From Octopus bimaculoides (taxonomy: Eukaryota), in contig NC_068985.1 in assembly GCF_001194135.2 (NCBI RefSeq), positions 40,688,646-40,752,645 on the forward strand: a stretch of DNA of 64,000 nucleotides, written 5' to 3'. The notes under the pieces were generated by a model, which saw only the letters and a program-made list of their open reading frames with translations, had not been told where the DNA came from and did no database searches. The number at the start of each line of letters is the position of its first letter. Position 1 is the first letter of the stretch. The position numbers and the translations under genes are program-made. Shown here piece by piece: positions 25,438 through 38,377 of the stretch.

Positions 25438-26045
25438 NNNNNNNNNNAAGGGAGAAAGGGAAAGGCAGATAGAATTAGTACAAGGAAAATCACACAATAT
25501 CTGTATGTGTGTGTGTGTGTGTGTGAGTATACATATGTAAGAGAGAAGGGGAGGAAGAAAGAAAGGTACATTAAAGTAAGAAAGAAAGTCAAAATGGAGG
25601 AGAAGGAGAGGCACATTAAAGTAAGAAAGAAAGAGTGAATAGGAGAGGGAGAGAAAAGAAATGGGAGGGGGAGGAAATCAATGACAATCTGTAAAGAAAG
25701 AAATATTTCCACCAATTAAGAATGAAACAATGGGTTCCAGCAAATAGATTTGACTGGAATCTGTAGATCTTATTGTTCTCAATGTTGTTGTTGTTGTTCT
25801 TCACATTGTTTCCTTAATGTTTGTTTTCTTGTTTTCTTTTTTTTTAACTTGTACATTTTTCCTATTTGCTTTTCTTTTTTTCTTTTGCTTAAAAAAATAA
25901 TAAAAAAAACCCCCATTTATGGTTGTCTTTTTTCTTCATTGTTTTTGTGCATCTGGGGGAGAGAGAGAAAGAACGCCAATGTTTGCTTGCTTGCTTGTAT
26001 GTGTGTGTGACATGTATATAAACATCTATTTGTATACTTGCATGC

Positions 26046-26098
<53 letters not shown>

Positions 26099-26240
26099 TA
26101 AAACACAAAAATAGAAGAATATACTTCAGAATGGAGAAAATTGGTGGAGGGATGAACCAGTAGTGGGTGATAGAGGCAATCAACTGTGAAAAGTATGTCA
26201 AAGTTAAGAGAGAGAGAGAGTGAGAGAAAGTGCAGCAGAG
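25395..26240. repeat. (GT)n/(CA)n/(GA)n microsatellite and low-complexity cluster
   Basis: Direct inspection; contains a 10-N gap at 25438-25447. Confidence 0.9.
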
Positions 26241-26937
26241 GAAGGGGGGAGGGAGAGAAAGGGAGGGACATACAACAGCAGTCTGCCATTGCTGCACAAC
26301 ATCGGTATATAATGCATTTATCAATTTTATTCAGTATATCCAAAACAACACACACATATCTACACAAACAACTGTATCAACACACAAATTATAGTTACAT
26401 TGTGGCAGTCATGGTAGAAATTGACAACATACATACACTGTCATATTTACTGTTACTTCATTATTATATTGTAATGATACATACATACATATATACATAC
26501 ACAGTACTTGATACAAAGTTTTTCATGATATATCCACGATCTGGTCACTGACACTGTCTAAGTAGTGAAGGTTTAACACACACATGTACATACAAACATG
26601 CATACGCATGTACTAACATGTATGTGCATGAGCATATACACCTACATACACATACCCATATACATACATACGTACATATGTATGTAGTCAAAAATAAGAA
26701 AAACATGAAGACTAGGTGAAAACAACAAATAGGGTGCGTTGGGTTCATGCACAGGAAAAATGGAAGTCTTAATGTTTCAAGCCGATGCTCTTCTACAGAA
26801 AGGATAGATGAGAAGAGAAAAAGATGGAGAGAAAAAAATGAGTCTGAACTAAAACAGCCAAGGTTATCCTGAAAATGTATGCATTTATGCACTATATACA
26901 CATCTCCGTACATACATACATACATACATGCATGCAC

Positions 26938-27037
26938 TTGGAGCCTGGTGTAGCCATCTGGTTCACCAGTCCTCAGTCAAATCGTCCAACCTATGCTAGC
27001 ATGGAAAGCAGATGTTAAACGATGATGATGATGATGA
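26938..27037 (+). mobile_element. Short RTE 3' tail (young subfamily)
   Basis: ggagcctggtgtagccatctgg...cagtcctcagtcaaatcgtccaac, shared with about 18330 and 32280. Confidence 0.8.
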
Positions 27038-27236
27038 AAGACAAACATTTTGTCCACTACTGAAGTCTGATTGTCATGTTTTAGATGACCTGATAGTTTG
27101 TATACTGTGACAGCTGGATAATATCTAAAACCTGTTTAAATAAATATCTGAATAAACTCTATATCTTATTTGAGTACTATCTTATTTTGTTTACACCTAA
27201 TATTTGTATATGGATATGTAAATATCTATTTGTACA

Positions 27237-27273
<37 letters not shown>

Positions 27274-27339
27274 AATGAATGAGGGTGAGGTATCGAGAGG
27301 TGGAATTGTACTAAATATTGAGAAGCAACACTTGGTATA

Positions 27340-27535
27340 AAACCACCTTCCTCCATCGAGGGGTCTTGTCTTGCAAAGTACTTGGTGACCTCACTAGTAT
27401 TGGTGCTATCAAAACAGCACCCAGTACACTCCGTAAAGTGATTGGTGTTAGGAAGGGCATCCAATCATAAAAACCATGCAAAACTGATTCCTGCTGAATT
27501 GTCCAAACCATGTCAAGAATGGAAAATGGATGCTA
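27340..27535 (+). mobile_element. RTE 3' tail
   Basis: cccagtacactccgtaaagtgattggtgttaggaagggcatcca... Confidence 0.7.
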
Positions 27536-27758
27536 ACGCTTTAGTATTTAAACTGGCCATATCCAGCTCAAATATTCTACTTGTTTTACATTCAAACTAA
27601 CCAGATCTGGCCTCTCACACCATTCCTAAATATCCTTCTAAAAATTAGCAGTTACCTCATCAAAATCCCAAAGTTCCAAGATAATGCAAAGATTAATTCA
27701 AAACATGTGAATAAATAAGCATTGCATTGGACAGAATAAATGATAATATGTGTTAATG
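27535..27758 (+). mobile_element. piggyBac-type MITE, degenerate
   Basis: Colinear with 29628-29848 (tttaaact.gccatatc...gtgaataaataagcatt). Confidence 0.6.
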
Positions 27759-27894
27759 GTGTCAGTCATTTTACAATTGAATCCAATTGAATCACAACAA
27801 AAGTATTAGTCTTTTTTGATGATGGGGCAAGATTTGAATTTGGAATGCACAGAGCTGGAATAGACACCACAAGACATCTTGTCTGGCACTGGAC

Positions 27895-28250
27895 TTCATA
27901 CTTAGGCCCTTTGCTCCCTATGGAGCATAAGCCCCCAACAACTTTTATCCATTGTTTTTGACTCTAGGTTGTCTTTCCCTGTAAGAAGAACTCCATCTCC
28001 CAGGTCTTGCTGGTTTTGAATTGTCATCAATACTTCTGTAACTTTGTTTTCTAGGTAGAGGTGTTGGCCCTACACAAACCCATTTTTACCTCTGGAAAGT
28101 GGTGGTGGACATTAATCAGGCCTTTTTCTTTTGACCTGTCCAGCACGGGAAACACTACCAAGAGCTTGTGCTCCACTGGCATAGTTCTCAGGGTCATTGA
28201 AGCATACAAGTCACCACACCACAACACAACAAGGACTGATCTGTGGTGGA
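27895..28250. mobile_element. RTE-derived composite (3'-end-like sequence on minus, 5'-UTR-like sequence on plus)
   Basis: cttaggccctttgctccctatggagcataag resembles a reversed RTE 3' end. tttgacctgtccagcacggga...ggcatagttctcagggtcattgaagca resembles RTE 5' UTRs as recalled from other animals. Confidence 0.45.
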
Positions 28251-28953
28251 CTGCCCTGGACTGGTACCCCAAAAAGGATGAAAGCAAGGTTGACAGTAGA
28301 AGACTTGAAACTTGAATTCAGGACGCATACAGAGAAATGGTGGATTTAGTTGGATATGATGCAATTTTGGTTTGCGTTTTGATGTCAAAGTCTAGAAATA
28401 TTATCTACTGTGACAACCGAGAGAAAACTTTTTAGTTAAAAACGAAACAATTTTGTTTTTACTGATAGGTGAAAAAGCTCTTCGACAAAAAAAGAAAAAA
28501 AAAAGCCTGGTGAAATTTTAATTAAATGAAGAGGGAGGAGAGTTCAGGACAGACATGAATATGAAAAATGAGAGCTAAAATTGCATTAAGACCTTAACTA
28601 ATCTCATAAGCAGTAAAAATAGAAGAGACCATTCCAATATGAACAAAAAGTATTAAAACATGCATGCATATGTGTGTGTGTTGTTAAACTTGGAGATGAT
28701 CATATATTTTTGTCAATTAAACATATGCAGCTTCAATATTATTATTTTAGTTTCTTTGTCAAAATTCTTTTGTCACACACTTTGTGACCTCTTCAGCAAC
28801 TCTCTATCCCATGTCCCCTCTTGTTCTGCTTAAAGCTGAAGTGAAGACCAAATACATAGTGTGTTTAATTGGCAAAATATGACCATCCCCAAGTATAACA
28901 ATGTGTTTCAATGCACAATTTCACATCAAGAATCTTGCAAAACAATATATGAA

Positions 28954-29004
<51 letters not shown>

Positions 29005-29011
<7 letters not shown>

Positions 29012-29180
29012 TACCCAGTTCAGTCTGTAAAGTAGATGGTGTTAGGAAGGGTATCCAGCTGTAGAAACTATGCCAAAACAGACATGGAGCCTGAACAGTC
29101 CTTGAGCCGGTCAGCTTCTGTCAAGCTATTCAACCCATGCCAGCATGGAAAATGGACATTAAATGCTGATGGTGATGATA
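29005..29180 (+). mobile_element. RTE 3' tail
   Basis: ggtgttaggaagggtatccagctgtagaaac...ccatgccagcatggaaaatggacattaaatg. Confidence 0.75.
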
Positions 29181-29627
29181 TATATATATAAATTTATCTG
29201 AATTAAGTATCCAGATGATATAATACATAAGAAGGTTTTTACATTAGGTAATTTGAGTGTACATGATATTGGTGACTATTCTTTTAGATTTGCCATTATA
29301 CTTGCATCATACCTAGGAGTTCTTAATAGAACAATATACTATTTTCTATGTGGAAACAGATAATAAGTAGAAAAGAACTGACCTATTTTACTTAATGATT
29401 ATCATTGAAATATATTAACTGTCGCTGTAAGAGTCACTAGAATTAGAAAATGCAATTATGTAAGGGTGAATGGCAGTGGTGTCAAAAAGTCTGTTTAATT
29501 CTTGGCACAATAATGTGTTTTTTTTCACAATGTTCACCATCTGTGACAAGGTTGCTTTGAATCATGCATTCATAAATATAGATTATTCAAGTTCTGGTCC
29601 AACACAAAGCTCATTAGCCTTGCTTAA

Positions 29628-29848
29628 CCCTTTAGCATTTAAACTAGCCATATCTGGCCATAATATTCTATTTGTTTTATGTTCAAACTGGGCAAATAAC
29701 AGTTTCTTACACCTGCACTACAATGTCATATTAAAAGTAGACAATCCTATCTTCAAAATCTCAAAGCTACAAGATAATGTACGGTTAATTCAAAACAATG
29801 TGAATAAATAAGCATTACATTTGACAAACTAATCTGAATGCTAAAGGG
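29628..29848 (+). mobile_element. piggyBac-type MITE (221 bp)
   Basis: TTAA|CCCTTTAGCATT...AATGCTAAAGGG|TTAA: perfect 12-bp TIR, CCC/GGG ends and a TTAA TSD. Confidence 0.85.
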
Positions 29849-30536
29849 TTAAATTATCGCAACAGCATGACAACTCATCCCTTTTTCAAAGTCAAAGTAA
29901 AGGGATGAGGGTGATTTTTGCAGATGATAGCATATTCTTCCACTTAACAATCTAGGTTTTCTCTTTGTGCAATAGTGTCTCCATTAGTATGCACCAATTG
30001 TTTTTGTACATGTTGAGGTTCTCCAATTGCCACCTCTTTGTATTCAGGAATTTATGAAAAGCAAACAAAATCCTTTTCAATAACATTTCTATCCTCTTCA
30101 CTACAGGTGAAATAAAATACACTGAAAGTACCATATTTATTAGCATATAAGACACATACCTTGTGTCTTTAAATATATCAAAAAACTGCTCTGTGCCTAG
30201 TGTGTCTGTAATAAGGATGAAAGACTGAATACCATACACTAGGGAGCCAGATGTGCATAAGTCCACTAGGTATAATAATTACTAGCTGGACGCATGAAAA
30301 ATTCACAGAAAATATGAAAAATGTAATCATCTGTAAATTGTGTGCTGGTGCCATTAGAAATGTTTCTATATTGTAACTGTTACAGAATATAGAAAAAGAA
30401 GTGTAAAACCGATAACTATATAATCCAGCCAAAATATCTGTTACACAAACAAACATAATTACTATTTAACCTTAAAATACATTGTACATATTCAAATAAC
30501 TTTCTTGGTTTAGTGGTACAAAACGTTCTTCTGGTA

Positions 30537-30837
30537 TTTTATTCCTTTACTTGTTTCAGTCATTTGATGGTGGCCATGTTGGAGCACTGCTTTTTAGTCT
30601 AAGAAATCAACCCCTGGACTTATTCCCTGTAAGCCTGGGGCTTATTCTATCTGTCTCTTCTGCTGAACAACTAAGTTATGAGAATGCAAACGCACCAACA
30701 TCGGTTGTCAAACAATGGTGGTGGTGGTGGGGACACACAAACACACATATAAATATATATATGATGGGCTTCTTTCAGTTTTTGTCTACCAAATTCACTC
30801 ATGAGGCTTTGGTCAGCCTGAGGCTGTAGTAGAAGAC
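30537..30837 (-). mobile_element. SINE family A (head missing)
   Basis: Homologous to 20946-21210. Confidence 0.8.
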
Positions 30838-31237
30838 CCTCTTTAACGTATAGAGTTAAATTTTGTGTAGCCACCCGTTGGCAACTTTTCTCCCCCACCT
30901 ATTTTTGTGGTGGGTATTACCCAATTTTCTGGGCTCTTTTCACAGCTACACCCTGTTTGAAATTTGCATTAATTTTTGTATGGAAAAATAAAAAATAAAA
31001 AAGGAAGTGAGAGGGAGTTGTTTATAGTTTGTAGAGAAAATGTTAAATGTACCTGAAAAAAAAAAAGGTCTTTCCCCCCAACTAAAACTAAACGTCTTTC
31101 CCTCTTCTTCATTGTTAAAAGTAAAGAAGCTAGAAAAGATCGATCCTATTTCAGTCTAATTGCCATTTTAAATGACTGAGGCATTCCTGTCTCTGTCTCT
31201 ATCACTTCCCTCTTTTTCTCTACGATTAAGAGAGTGA

Positions 31238-31548
31238 AGGTGTGTGGCTCAGTAAGGGATATTTGGCCCACGATCATAAAGTCATGAGTACGATTCCCAG
31301 CGATGTGTTTTTGAGCAAGTTACTCTACATCACCTTGCACCAGTTCACCCAGCGGGCAAAAATGAGTTGTAGCTGTAATTCAAAGGAGCCAGCCTTGTCA
31401 CATTCTGTGTGAAGCTGAATCTCCCAGAGAACTACCTTATGGTATGCTTGTATGTGGAGTACTCAGCCACTTGCGAGTTAATTTTACGAGCAGACTGTTC
31501 CATTGATCAGATAAACAGGAACCTTGTCATCATAACCAATGGGGCGCT
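31238..31548 (+). mobile_element. CORE-type SINE (family C)
   Basis: tRNA-like head, ttgagcaag..., cagc.ggcaaaaatgagttgta...gaatctccc.gagaactac. Homologues at 31855, 44430 and 51112. Confidence 0.75.
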
Positions 31549-31854
31549 ATTTTTTAAAAAAGAGTGAAAGAAAAGGAAATGTTCCATATTGTAAGGCAAA
31601 AATGTCGAGTGTTTAGTATAAGCAGTGAAAGCTAAGATGAAATAGTTGCTATTCTGTCATGTATTCGCCCTTGACTCATGCTCAGTTTGATAACAACAGC
31701 CTGCACATCGGTGTTTATCTGGGGGCTTGGCCTCCAGATCTATGAGACCCACAGATACCACTGTTAAAACCGGATTAACACCATAGTGACCCTAACAACT
31801 AAAAAGATTTTCCTGCCCCTCTATAGGATCTTTTTTCATTTTCTTCCAACCACT

Positions 31855-32007
31855 TGAAGGTTTACCTTGCTCCAGTCCACTCAGCTAGACAAAATAAGTT
31901 GTAGCTGTAATTCAAAGGGGCCAACCTTGTCATATTCTGCGTGAGGCTGAATCTCCCTGAGAACTATGTTAATGATATGCATGTCTGTGGAGTACTCAGC
32001 CACTTAA
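31855..32007 (+). mobile_element. CORE-type SINE family C, partial
   Basis: ttgctccagtccactcagctagacaaaataagttgtagctg... matches 31340-31470. Confidence 0.65.
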
Positions 32008-32227
32008 TTTACATACTCGTGTGGTAATGAAACATAAAAGTGACATCCAATATTTGTTGTAGTTACTAACAATGTGTCTATGTATCCATGTATCAACTTT
32101 TCTTTGGATCTGTGTATCTATTGTCTCGCTTTCACTTTTTCTCTTTCACTTCCTCAGTGTCCCTCCTCTCTTCTGCTTTTAATTTAATAATGTGTCTGTA
32201 TCTATGTATCAACTTTCCTTTCCATCT

Positions 32228-32377
32228 ATGGCATTAGGACGGGCATCCAGCTGTAGAAACTCTGCCAAATCAGATTGGAGCCTGGTGTAGCCATCTGGTT
32301 TCACCAGTCCTCAGTCAAATCGTCCAACCCATGCTAACATGGAAAGCAGACGTTAAAAGATTGTTAATAATGATGAT
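32228..32377 (+). mobile_element. RTE 3' tail inserted into a pyrimidine-rich repeat
   Basis: ggcattaggacgggcatccagctgtagaaactctgccaaatcag...(GAT)n. Confidence 0.8.
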
Positions 32378-32794
32378 GTATCTACTTTTCTTGCGATGGG
32401 ATAAACATTTAAAAACACAAAACGAACAGTCACCACTCACTGTCTCTTTCACTCTCTCTCTCTCTTACTTCCTCTCTAAAACATTAAAAAACACAAAATG
32501 AACGCCATCACCACTCACTATCTCTTTCACCCTCTCTTTCTCTCCCTTTCTCTGTTACTTCCTCTCTGTCCTCCTCTCTCTCACTTTGCCACTCACTTCT
32601 TCCTTTGAAGTAAAGAGTGACACACAGCACAGATATGGACAAAAACAAACAAAACTAAGTGTATTAATATTATTGATTACAAATAATAAAATATTGAAAA
32701 CAAGCTAAATTATCTGTCTTTTATCTGGCACCTTGCTGCACTCAAGAAGACCTGTCCTCCACAGCAGAAGTGTTAAGGCTGCTCCACCTAATGA

Positions 32795-32995
32795 AGGGAG
32801 TTGGCCTGCAAGAGTCCTGTGCTGGTGCCATGTAAAAGCACCCAGCACATACTGTAAAGTGGTTGGTGTCAGGAAGGGCATCCAACCATAGAAACCAAGC
32901 CAAATCAGAACCTGGTACAGCTCCCCAGCTTGCCTACTCCTTCAAACTGTGCAATCCATGCCAGCATGGAAAACAGATGTTAAAGGATGATGATG
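32795..32995 (+). mobile_element. RTE 3' tail
   Basis: Shared tail motif and (GAT)n. Confidence 0.75.
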
Positions 32996-33605
32996 TCAAC
33001 AGAAACTTATAAAAATATTTAACGGTACGTTGGTAGTTGTACGGGGAGGATACATCAACTCAATACACCTCCGTCCCCAACCTACATAATTACACTATTT
33101 AATGACTAAGAAACATTTTCTAATTGTCTAAATGAAAAATTCTCCTAAAAACATGAAAGGAATGTTTAATTTCATCTGCCTATCAGTAATTTGCAACAAA
33201 AAAATGACAACAAAACCATTGTGGTTGTGCACCACCCTAATGGCTGATCATTGTTTACAGAAAACACCACAACCAGAAATACAAGTTTTATGTCCTGTAT
33301 GGGAATTCTCTTGATCAAAATATAAACAAATATACAGCTGAACTGAAAGAAGATAAAGTTGAAATATGTTACTCCCATAATGTAGTTTATGATAAATTTA
33401 TGGTTTCAAACTGCATTCCAGTATACTATCACAACATTGTATTTACATGTACAAACTCATAAATTTCCTCCAACAAAACCACTTTAACAAACCTTTCAAT
33501 GGGTGTATGATGAAACATACTAAATTTGTTTTTTTTTCCATAAAATATACTTGTAAAATAGAGGGGCATTGTGAGAGTGCAAGTTATATAAAAAGAAGGT
33601 AAAGA

Positions 33606-33927
33606 CTAAAAATCCCCTTTGGTCATGAATGACCATGGGATTGCACCTCTGAGGCACACGTCCAGGCACGGTTGTTTATGGAAGACCAGTAGACACCCAT
33701 GCATACCAGCCTCCCTTCTCCATACCACCAATGTTGTCCAAGGGAAAGGCAAAAGCTGATACAGCTTGGCACTGGTGATGTCACAACTCATTTCTACAGC
33801 TGAGTGAACTGGAGCAAAGTGAAATAAAGTGTCTTGCTCAAGAACACAATACACAGCCCAGTTCGGGAATCAAACTCATAACCTCATGATTGTGAGCCCA
33901 ATGCTCTAACTACTGAGCCATGTACCT
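33606..33927 (-). mobile_element. CORE-type tRNA-derived SINE (family D)
   Basis: actcatttctacagctgagtgaactggagcaa.gtgaaataaagtgtcttgctcaagaacacaa followed by a reversed tRNA-like head. Partial homologue at 51705-51862. Confidence 0.75.
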
Positions 33928-34530
33928 TCATTTATATATGCAAATATATTTGTTGTTTGATGTCCAAGAAACAACTGCTCTTACCACATACACTTCACTG
34001 AGAAAATTTCTAAGAGTCACAGTCAAAGTGCGACAAACTAACAAGGTTATTTTAGTAGATTTGTGTGGGCCCATGCCTGTTTACACTAATTTAAGAAGAA
34101 AGGAGTTTATATAGTACTCCCTTATGTCCAATAACTAGCTGTTCAACAAATAAAAAACGATAAAATATGTACAAGACTGAAGTGTGTGCTGGGGGTTGAT
34201 ATAATTGACCCAGCATGTCAACAGAGAAATAAAAGAGTAAAATAGAAATACCGCTGATGTGGTTAGCAAGTAGATGAAAGAGTAACAGGTAAAAGCAAGA
34301 AAGAATGAATAAGTGTGAGTGAGAACTTCTAAGTGAGAATGAACAGAAAGAAGAGTATGGGAGTTATGGAATGAAGTGTAGCAATCTTTGTAAATAATGT
34401 ATTAATTTCACTTCATCAAACTGTTGCTGCTTTCACTTCAGTGGTCAGTACATTTTTCATTAGAAATGTTGCTGAATTAACATTTTTTTTTATTATTGAA
34501 TTATTTTTTTGTGTTCTTTCATCTTATATA

Positions 34531-34845
34531 TTTTACTTGCTTCAGTCATTGGACTGTGGCAATAATAGAGCACCACCTTGAAGGGTTTAATTGAATAAAT
34601 TAAACCTAGCATTTAATTTCTGAAGTGTGATGTTTAATTTATCAGCCTCTTTTGCAGAACCACTAAGTTTCAGAGACATATTGGGGGAGACAAACACTTA
34701 GACACATATACATGACAAACTTCCACACAGTTTCTGTTGACTAAATTCACTCACAAGGAATTGGTTGGCCTGGGACAAAAGACACTTGCCCAAAGTGCTG
34801 TGCAGTAGGAGTGAACCCAAAATGACATGGTTGCAAAGTGAGCTT
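34531..34845 (-). mobile_element. SINE family A, degenerate
   Basis: ttttacttgcttcagtcattggactgtggc...gacacttgcccaaagtgc. Confidence 0.7.
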
Positions 34846-36378
34846 TGGGTTGTTTTTCCTTTTTGTGTTGCATACAAAGATGTTTAAAATCCAACAGCAA
34901 AAAAACTTCAATTACCATCACTGAAGATAAACAAGCTGGCCATAGTACTGTGTCGAAAGAAATAAAACCTTTCTGAGTGACCAAACAGAGCCATAGTAGC
35001 TATACCTTGAGAAAATGAAATCTCTATTTTATTAACAAAGCTCACTTTGAAAGAGAGCTAAAAGAAAAGAGATAGAAAAATTACTCCTGTTGACAATGAC
35101 GGTGTTTAATCACAGGACAGCTCTGATTGAGTAGACCTATGATTAAAGACATTCCAGCTACACTCATCATGTTATTTTAAATTATCAAAGCTATCCTTCC
35201 AATGGTAGGTTGTAATCTAAAGATTTTGCCTCTATTTTTAGCATGTCAACTGACAACATATGGTTTCTTTGCTTTACTTTCTCTTTAATGTCTCAGTAGA
35301 AAGGTTTAACAGCAAGAAGGAAATGTGTGTGTGTGTGCCTATGTACATGCAGACAGAACTATCATATTTGTTTCATGTAACGTGGGGAAAATTCACTTCT
35401 GGCCTTGGTTTGCCTGAATTCCACAAACTGCTTCTGTGATTTCTGAATTGTTACTTTATTTTTGTAAAATTTTGCAATTATTTCAACTGAATATGACATT
35501 AAGCAAAAACTAAAAGAAAGCCTTTGAGAGAAAAATTAGTGATAGTAAATTATAGCAAAGTGCCTTCGTAGTACATGTTTGTGAAATTTAGTTTTAAAAA
35601 AAGCAAACTGTCTTTTTATCTTGCCCAACATGAAAGTTGGGTAAAATAAAAATGTAGAAGCCATGTAAAAGTGGTATCTTCAACAGAGATCAAGTGCTGT
35701 TAATGTGTAAGATGGGAAATTCTCGGAAAACACATAGGGACTTAATGAGGTAGGTCCTAGACATTGCAAGTTTTAATGTTTTGGCTATGTGGCTGATTTT
35801 TCTTCCTGCATCAAACCTTTGTAAAACAAGTTTAATATCCAGCATAATCCTTTTACTGTTTCTATTTCACACTACAGCCTTCTGTTCCACTTGACAGATC
35901 CTTTCCAAACATTTTGAATAGAAGGTAAATCCAACGGCAGCAATGATCAACAATTATCCGCAACAAATATGCAGTAAAAGAAAAATAGCACCAAGAAAGA
36001 ACTATTTTGTGAAAGCAAAGAATTGTTGTCCTGTTCCTTTAGGTGTAAAAATGGAAATGAGAAGATGAAAAGGTGAAGGAGTGTGATGGGATGTTAGTTG
36101 AAGGGTTACTGAGTTCATAGGCACTTTGCTCCTTGCATCTGACTTGAACCATAAAAACCCTACAGTCTACTCACATACACATGTGCACACACAAATACAC
36201 ACGCTGGTACTATAATTGTTGTAGCCAGTTAGTAATTCAAAAGTCGGTGGGTTGATAGTGATGATGGGTTGTATTAGTTTTGATGGTAATAGCAAGAGTA
36301 TTATGGATGGTGGCAGTAGTACCATAGTTATTCTTTGCTGATATTTAGTTCCAACTCAATCCTCATTGACCTAATATT

Positions 36379-36592
36379 GATTTCAAATTTTGGCACAAGG
36401 CCAGCAATTTCGTGGGAGGGGATAAGTCAATTATGTTGAGCCAAGTGCTCAACTGGTACTTATTTTATCGTCCCTGAAAGGATGAAAGGCAAAGTCAACT
36501 TTGGCAGAATTTGAACTCAGAACACGAAGACAGACGAAATGCTGCTAAGAATTTTGCTTGGCATGCTAATGATTCTGCCGGCTCACCACCTT
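36379..36592 (-). mobile_element. Meta-domain SINE with 16-bp TSD
   Basis: TSD tcattgacctaatatt at 36363-36378 and 36593-36608. Confidence 0.85.
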
Positions 36593-36832
36593 TCATTGAC
36601 CTAATATTAAAGATATCTTGTTCAACTTTTAAATACACTAGAGTACCACATTGTCTCATGTAATTGTTTTTTTAGTTTAGATGGAATAGCAAATTATACT
36701 GTTCACACAGTTGTTGTTGGTCATTAGAGTTGTTGAGTTGGTAATGGTGGTGGTTGCATTGGTCTTTGGTGTTGTAGCAGGTTGTGCTGGTGTTGATGAC
36801 AGTGATGGTGAAGAAGATTGATTTTTTTTTAT

Positions 36833-37221
36833 AGGCGTGGCTATGTGGTTGAGAACCTTGCTTCCTAAGAATGTGGTCTCAGGTTCAGTCCTACTGCATG
36901 GCATCTGGAGCAAGTTTCTTCTACTCTAGGTTGACCAAAGCCTTGTGAGTAAATGTTGGTAGATGGAAACTGAAAGAAACTCATTGTACATGTGTCTTTT
37001 TGTGTGTACCTTTGTCTTAATACAGCATGATGGTTGTAAAGAAGCATCACCATCATACAAACAATCTTGTTTGATATCAAGTGACTAGGGAAATATTACC
37101 TTGCTTGAAAACAGGCGAATGTTGATGACAGGAATGAGCATCCAACCATAGAATATTTGCCTCAACAAATTCTAGCTGGCCCATGCAAGCATTGAAAAGT
37201 AGACATTGAATGATGATGATA
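36833..37221 (+). mobile_element. SINE with family-A head and RTE-like tail
   Basis: Head ataggcgtggctatgtggttgagaa; tail ccatgcaagcattgaaaagtagacattgaatgatgatgat. Confidence 0.75.
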
Positions 37222-37707
37222 TAGACAGAAAGTTACAAATTAATAGATGCTCATTGAGATCCCAAAATATATATACAAACATACACACAAATATTCACAA
37301 TGAAAAATACCATCTCACAATCTCTAAGTGTCAATAATGATGCATACGAAAGCATCTACATACACCACACATACGAATGTGTGTATTGTTATAAGTTTTT
37401 CAAATTGCTAATGACTTTCATTTTAGATAAAATGTTCAGAAGTGGACTTCTGGCTAAGAAGAAAGAGTTGTTTTCAATTCTTAAAATTACTGAGCCTTTG
37501 TAATAGTAAAATTATAGAAGATATCTCATATCATAGAAGAGATAGTTATAACTGACCTAGATTATTATAATTTTAGTATATCATTACTATACACCTAGTA
37601 AGCAGATCTGCCAACTTTTGTTGTTCCAGACTGAAGTAGACAACTGTAACTGCACTTTGAACACACCCTACTAAACATTGCTGGTCACAGCTGACTAGTT
37701 TGCAAAA

Positions 37708-38377
37708 TGCAGTCAGGATGTCTGGAAACTCACTATGCAATAAAATATTTTGTTAAACTGTGTGAAAATGCTACAGAAACATATGAAAGGCTCTAGGCTG
37801 CATGTGGATTAACTTTTCACTGGTACAAGAGGATCAAGGATGGTAGAATGGAGGTGAGAGATGATGAGAGGTGTGGAGGGTAAGGAACTTCAGAACAGAG
37901 CTGGCTGAGAGAATATGCAATTTTCTGGATTAAGATTGTCATGTGTCTATAAAGACAATAAGTATACAGTTTGGAGTTGGTGTGGCAACTGTGCATAGAA
38001 TTATTCATGACGATCTGAACATGCACAGAATTTGTGCAAAGTTTGTTCCCAGGATGCATCCAGGTAACCAACTACTTGACAGAGATGGGTATCAAAACTG
38101 CCCTTCATCTTCCTTACAGTCTAGGCCTTGCTTCCTGTGGCTTTTTGTTGTTCCCAAGCTGAAGGAGACCTCAGGGGCAGTAGTTTTGAAGATAAAGCAG
38201 ATTGTGAGAAAGGTCCTGGACACCTTCACTTTGGAGGACTTCTGTGAGGCCTTCACAAAGTGGCCAGAGTGTTACAAGTGCTTTGAAGTCAGAAGATCAA
38301 TCTTTGAAGGAGAATAGAATTTTGTACTTCTTTGAAATTGATGTCTCTCCTTCTAAAGTTTGAAAACTTCTGGAATG
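37708..38377 (+). mobile_element. Internally deleted mariner relic (second family)
   Basis: YAIK.FVKL..NATETYE, ATVHRIIHDDLNMHRICAKFVPR, a YSPDLAP-like YSLGLASC.FLLFPKL, and a C-terminal FEGE*. Confidence 0.75.

Noticed and set aside
25314-26937. Several overlapping ORFs with HTHT/CVCV runs
   Set aside because: Microsatellite translations.
30840-32690. Possible large minus-strand Helitron-like element with ~75-bp and ~120-bp internal duplications, interrupted by SINEs and an RTE tail
   Set aside because: Repeat-like, but I could not identify both termini, so the family and limits are unsupported.
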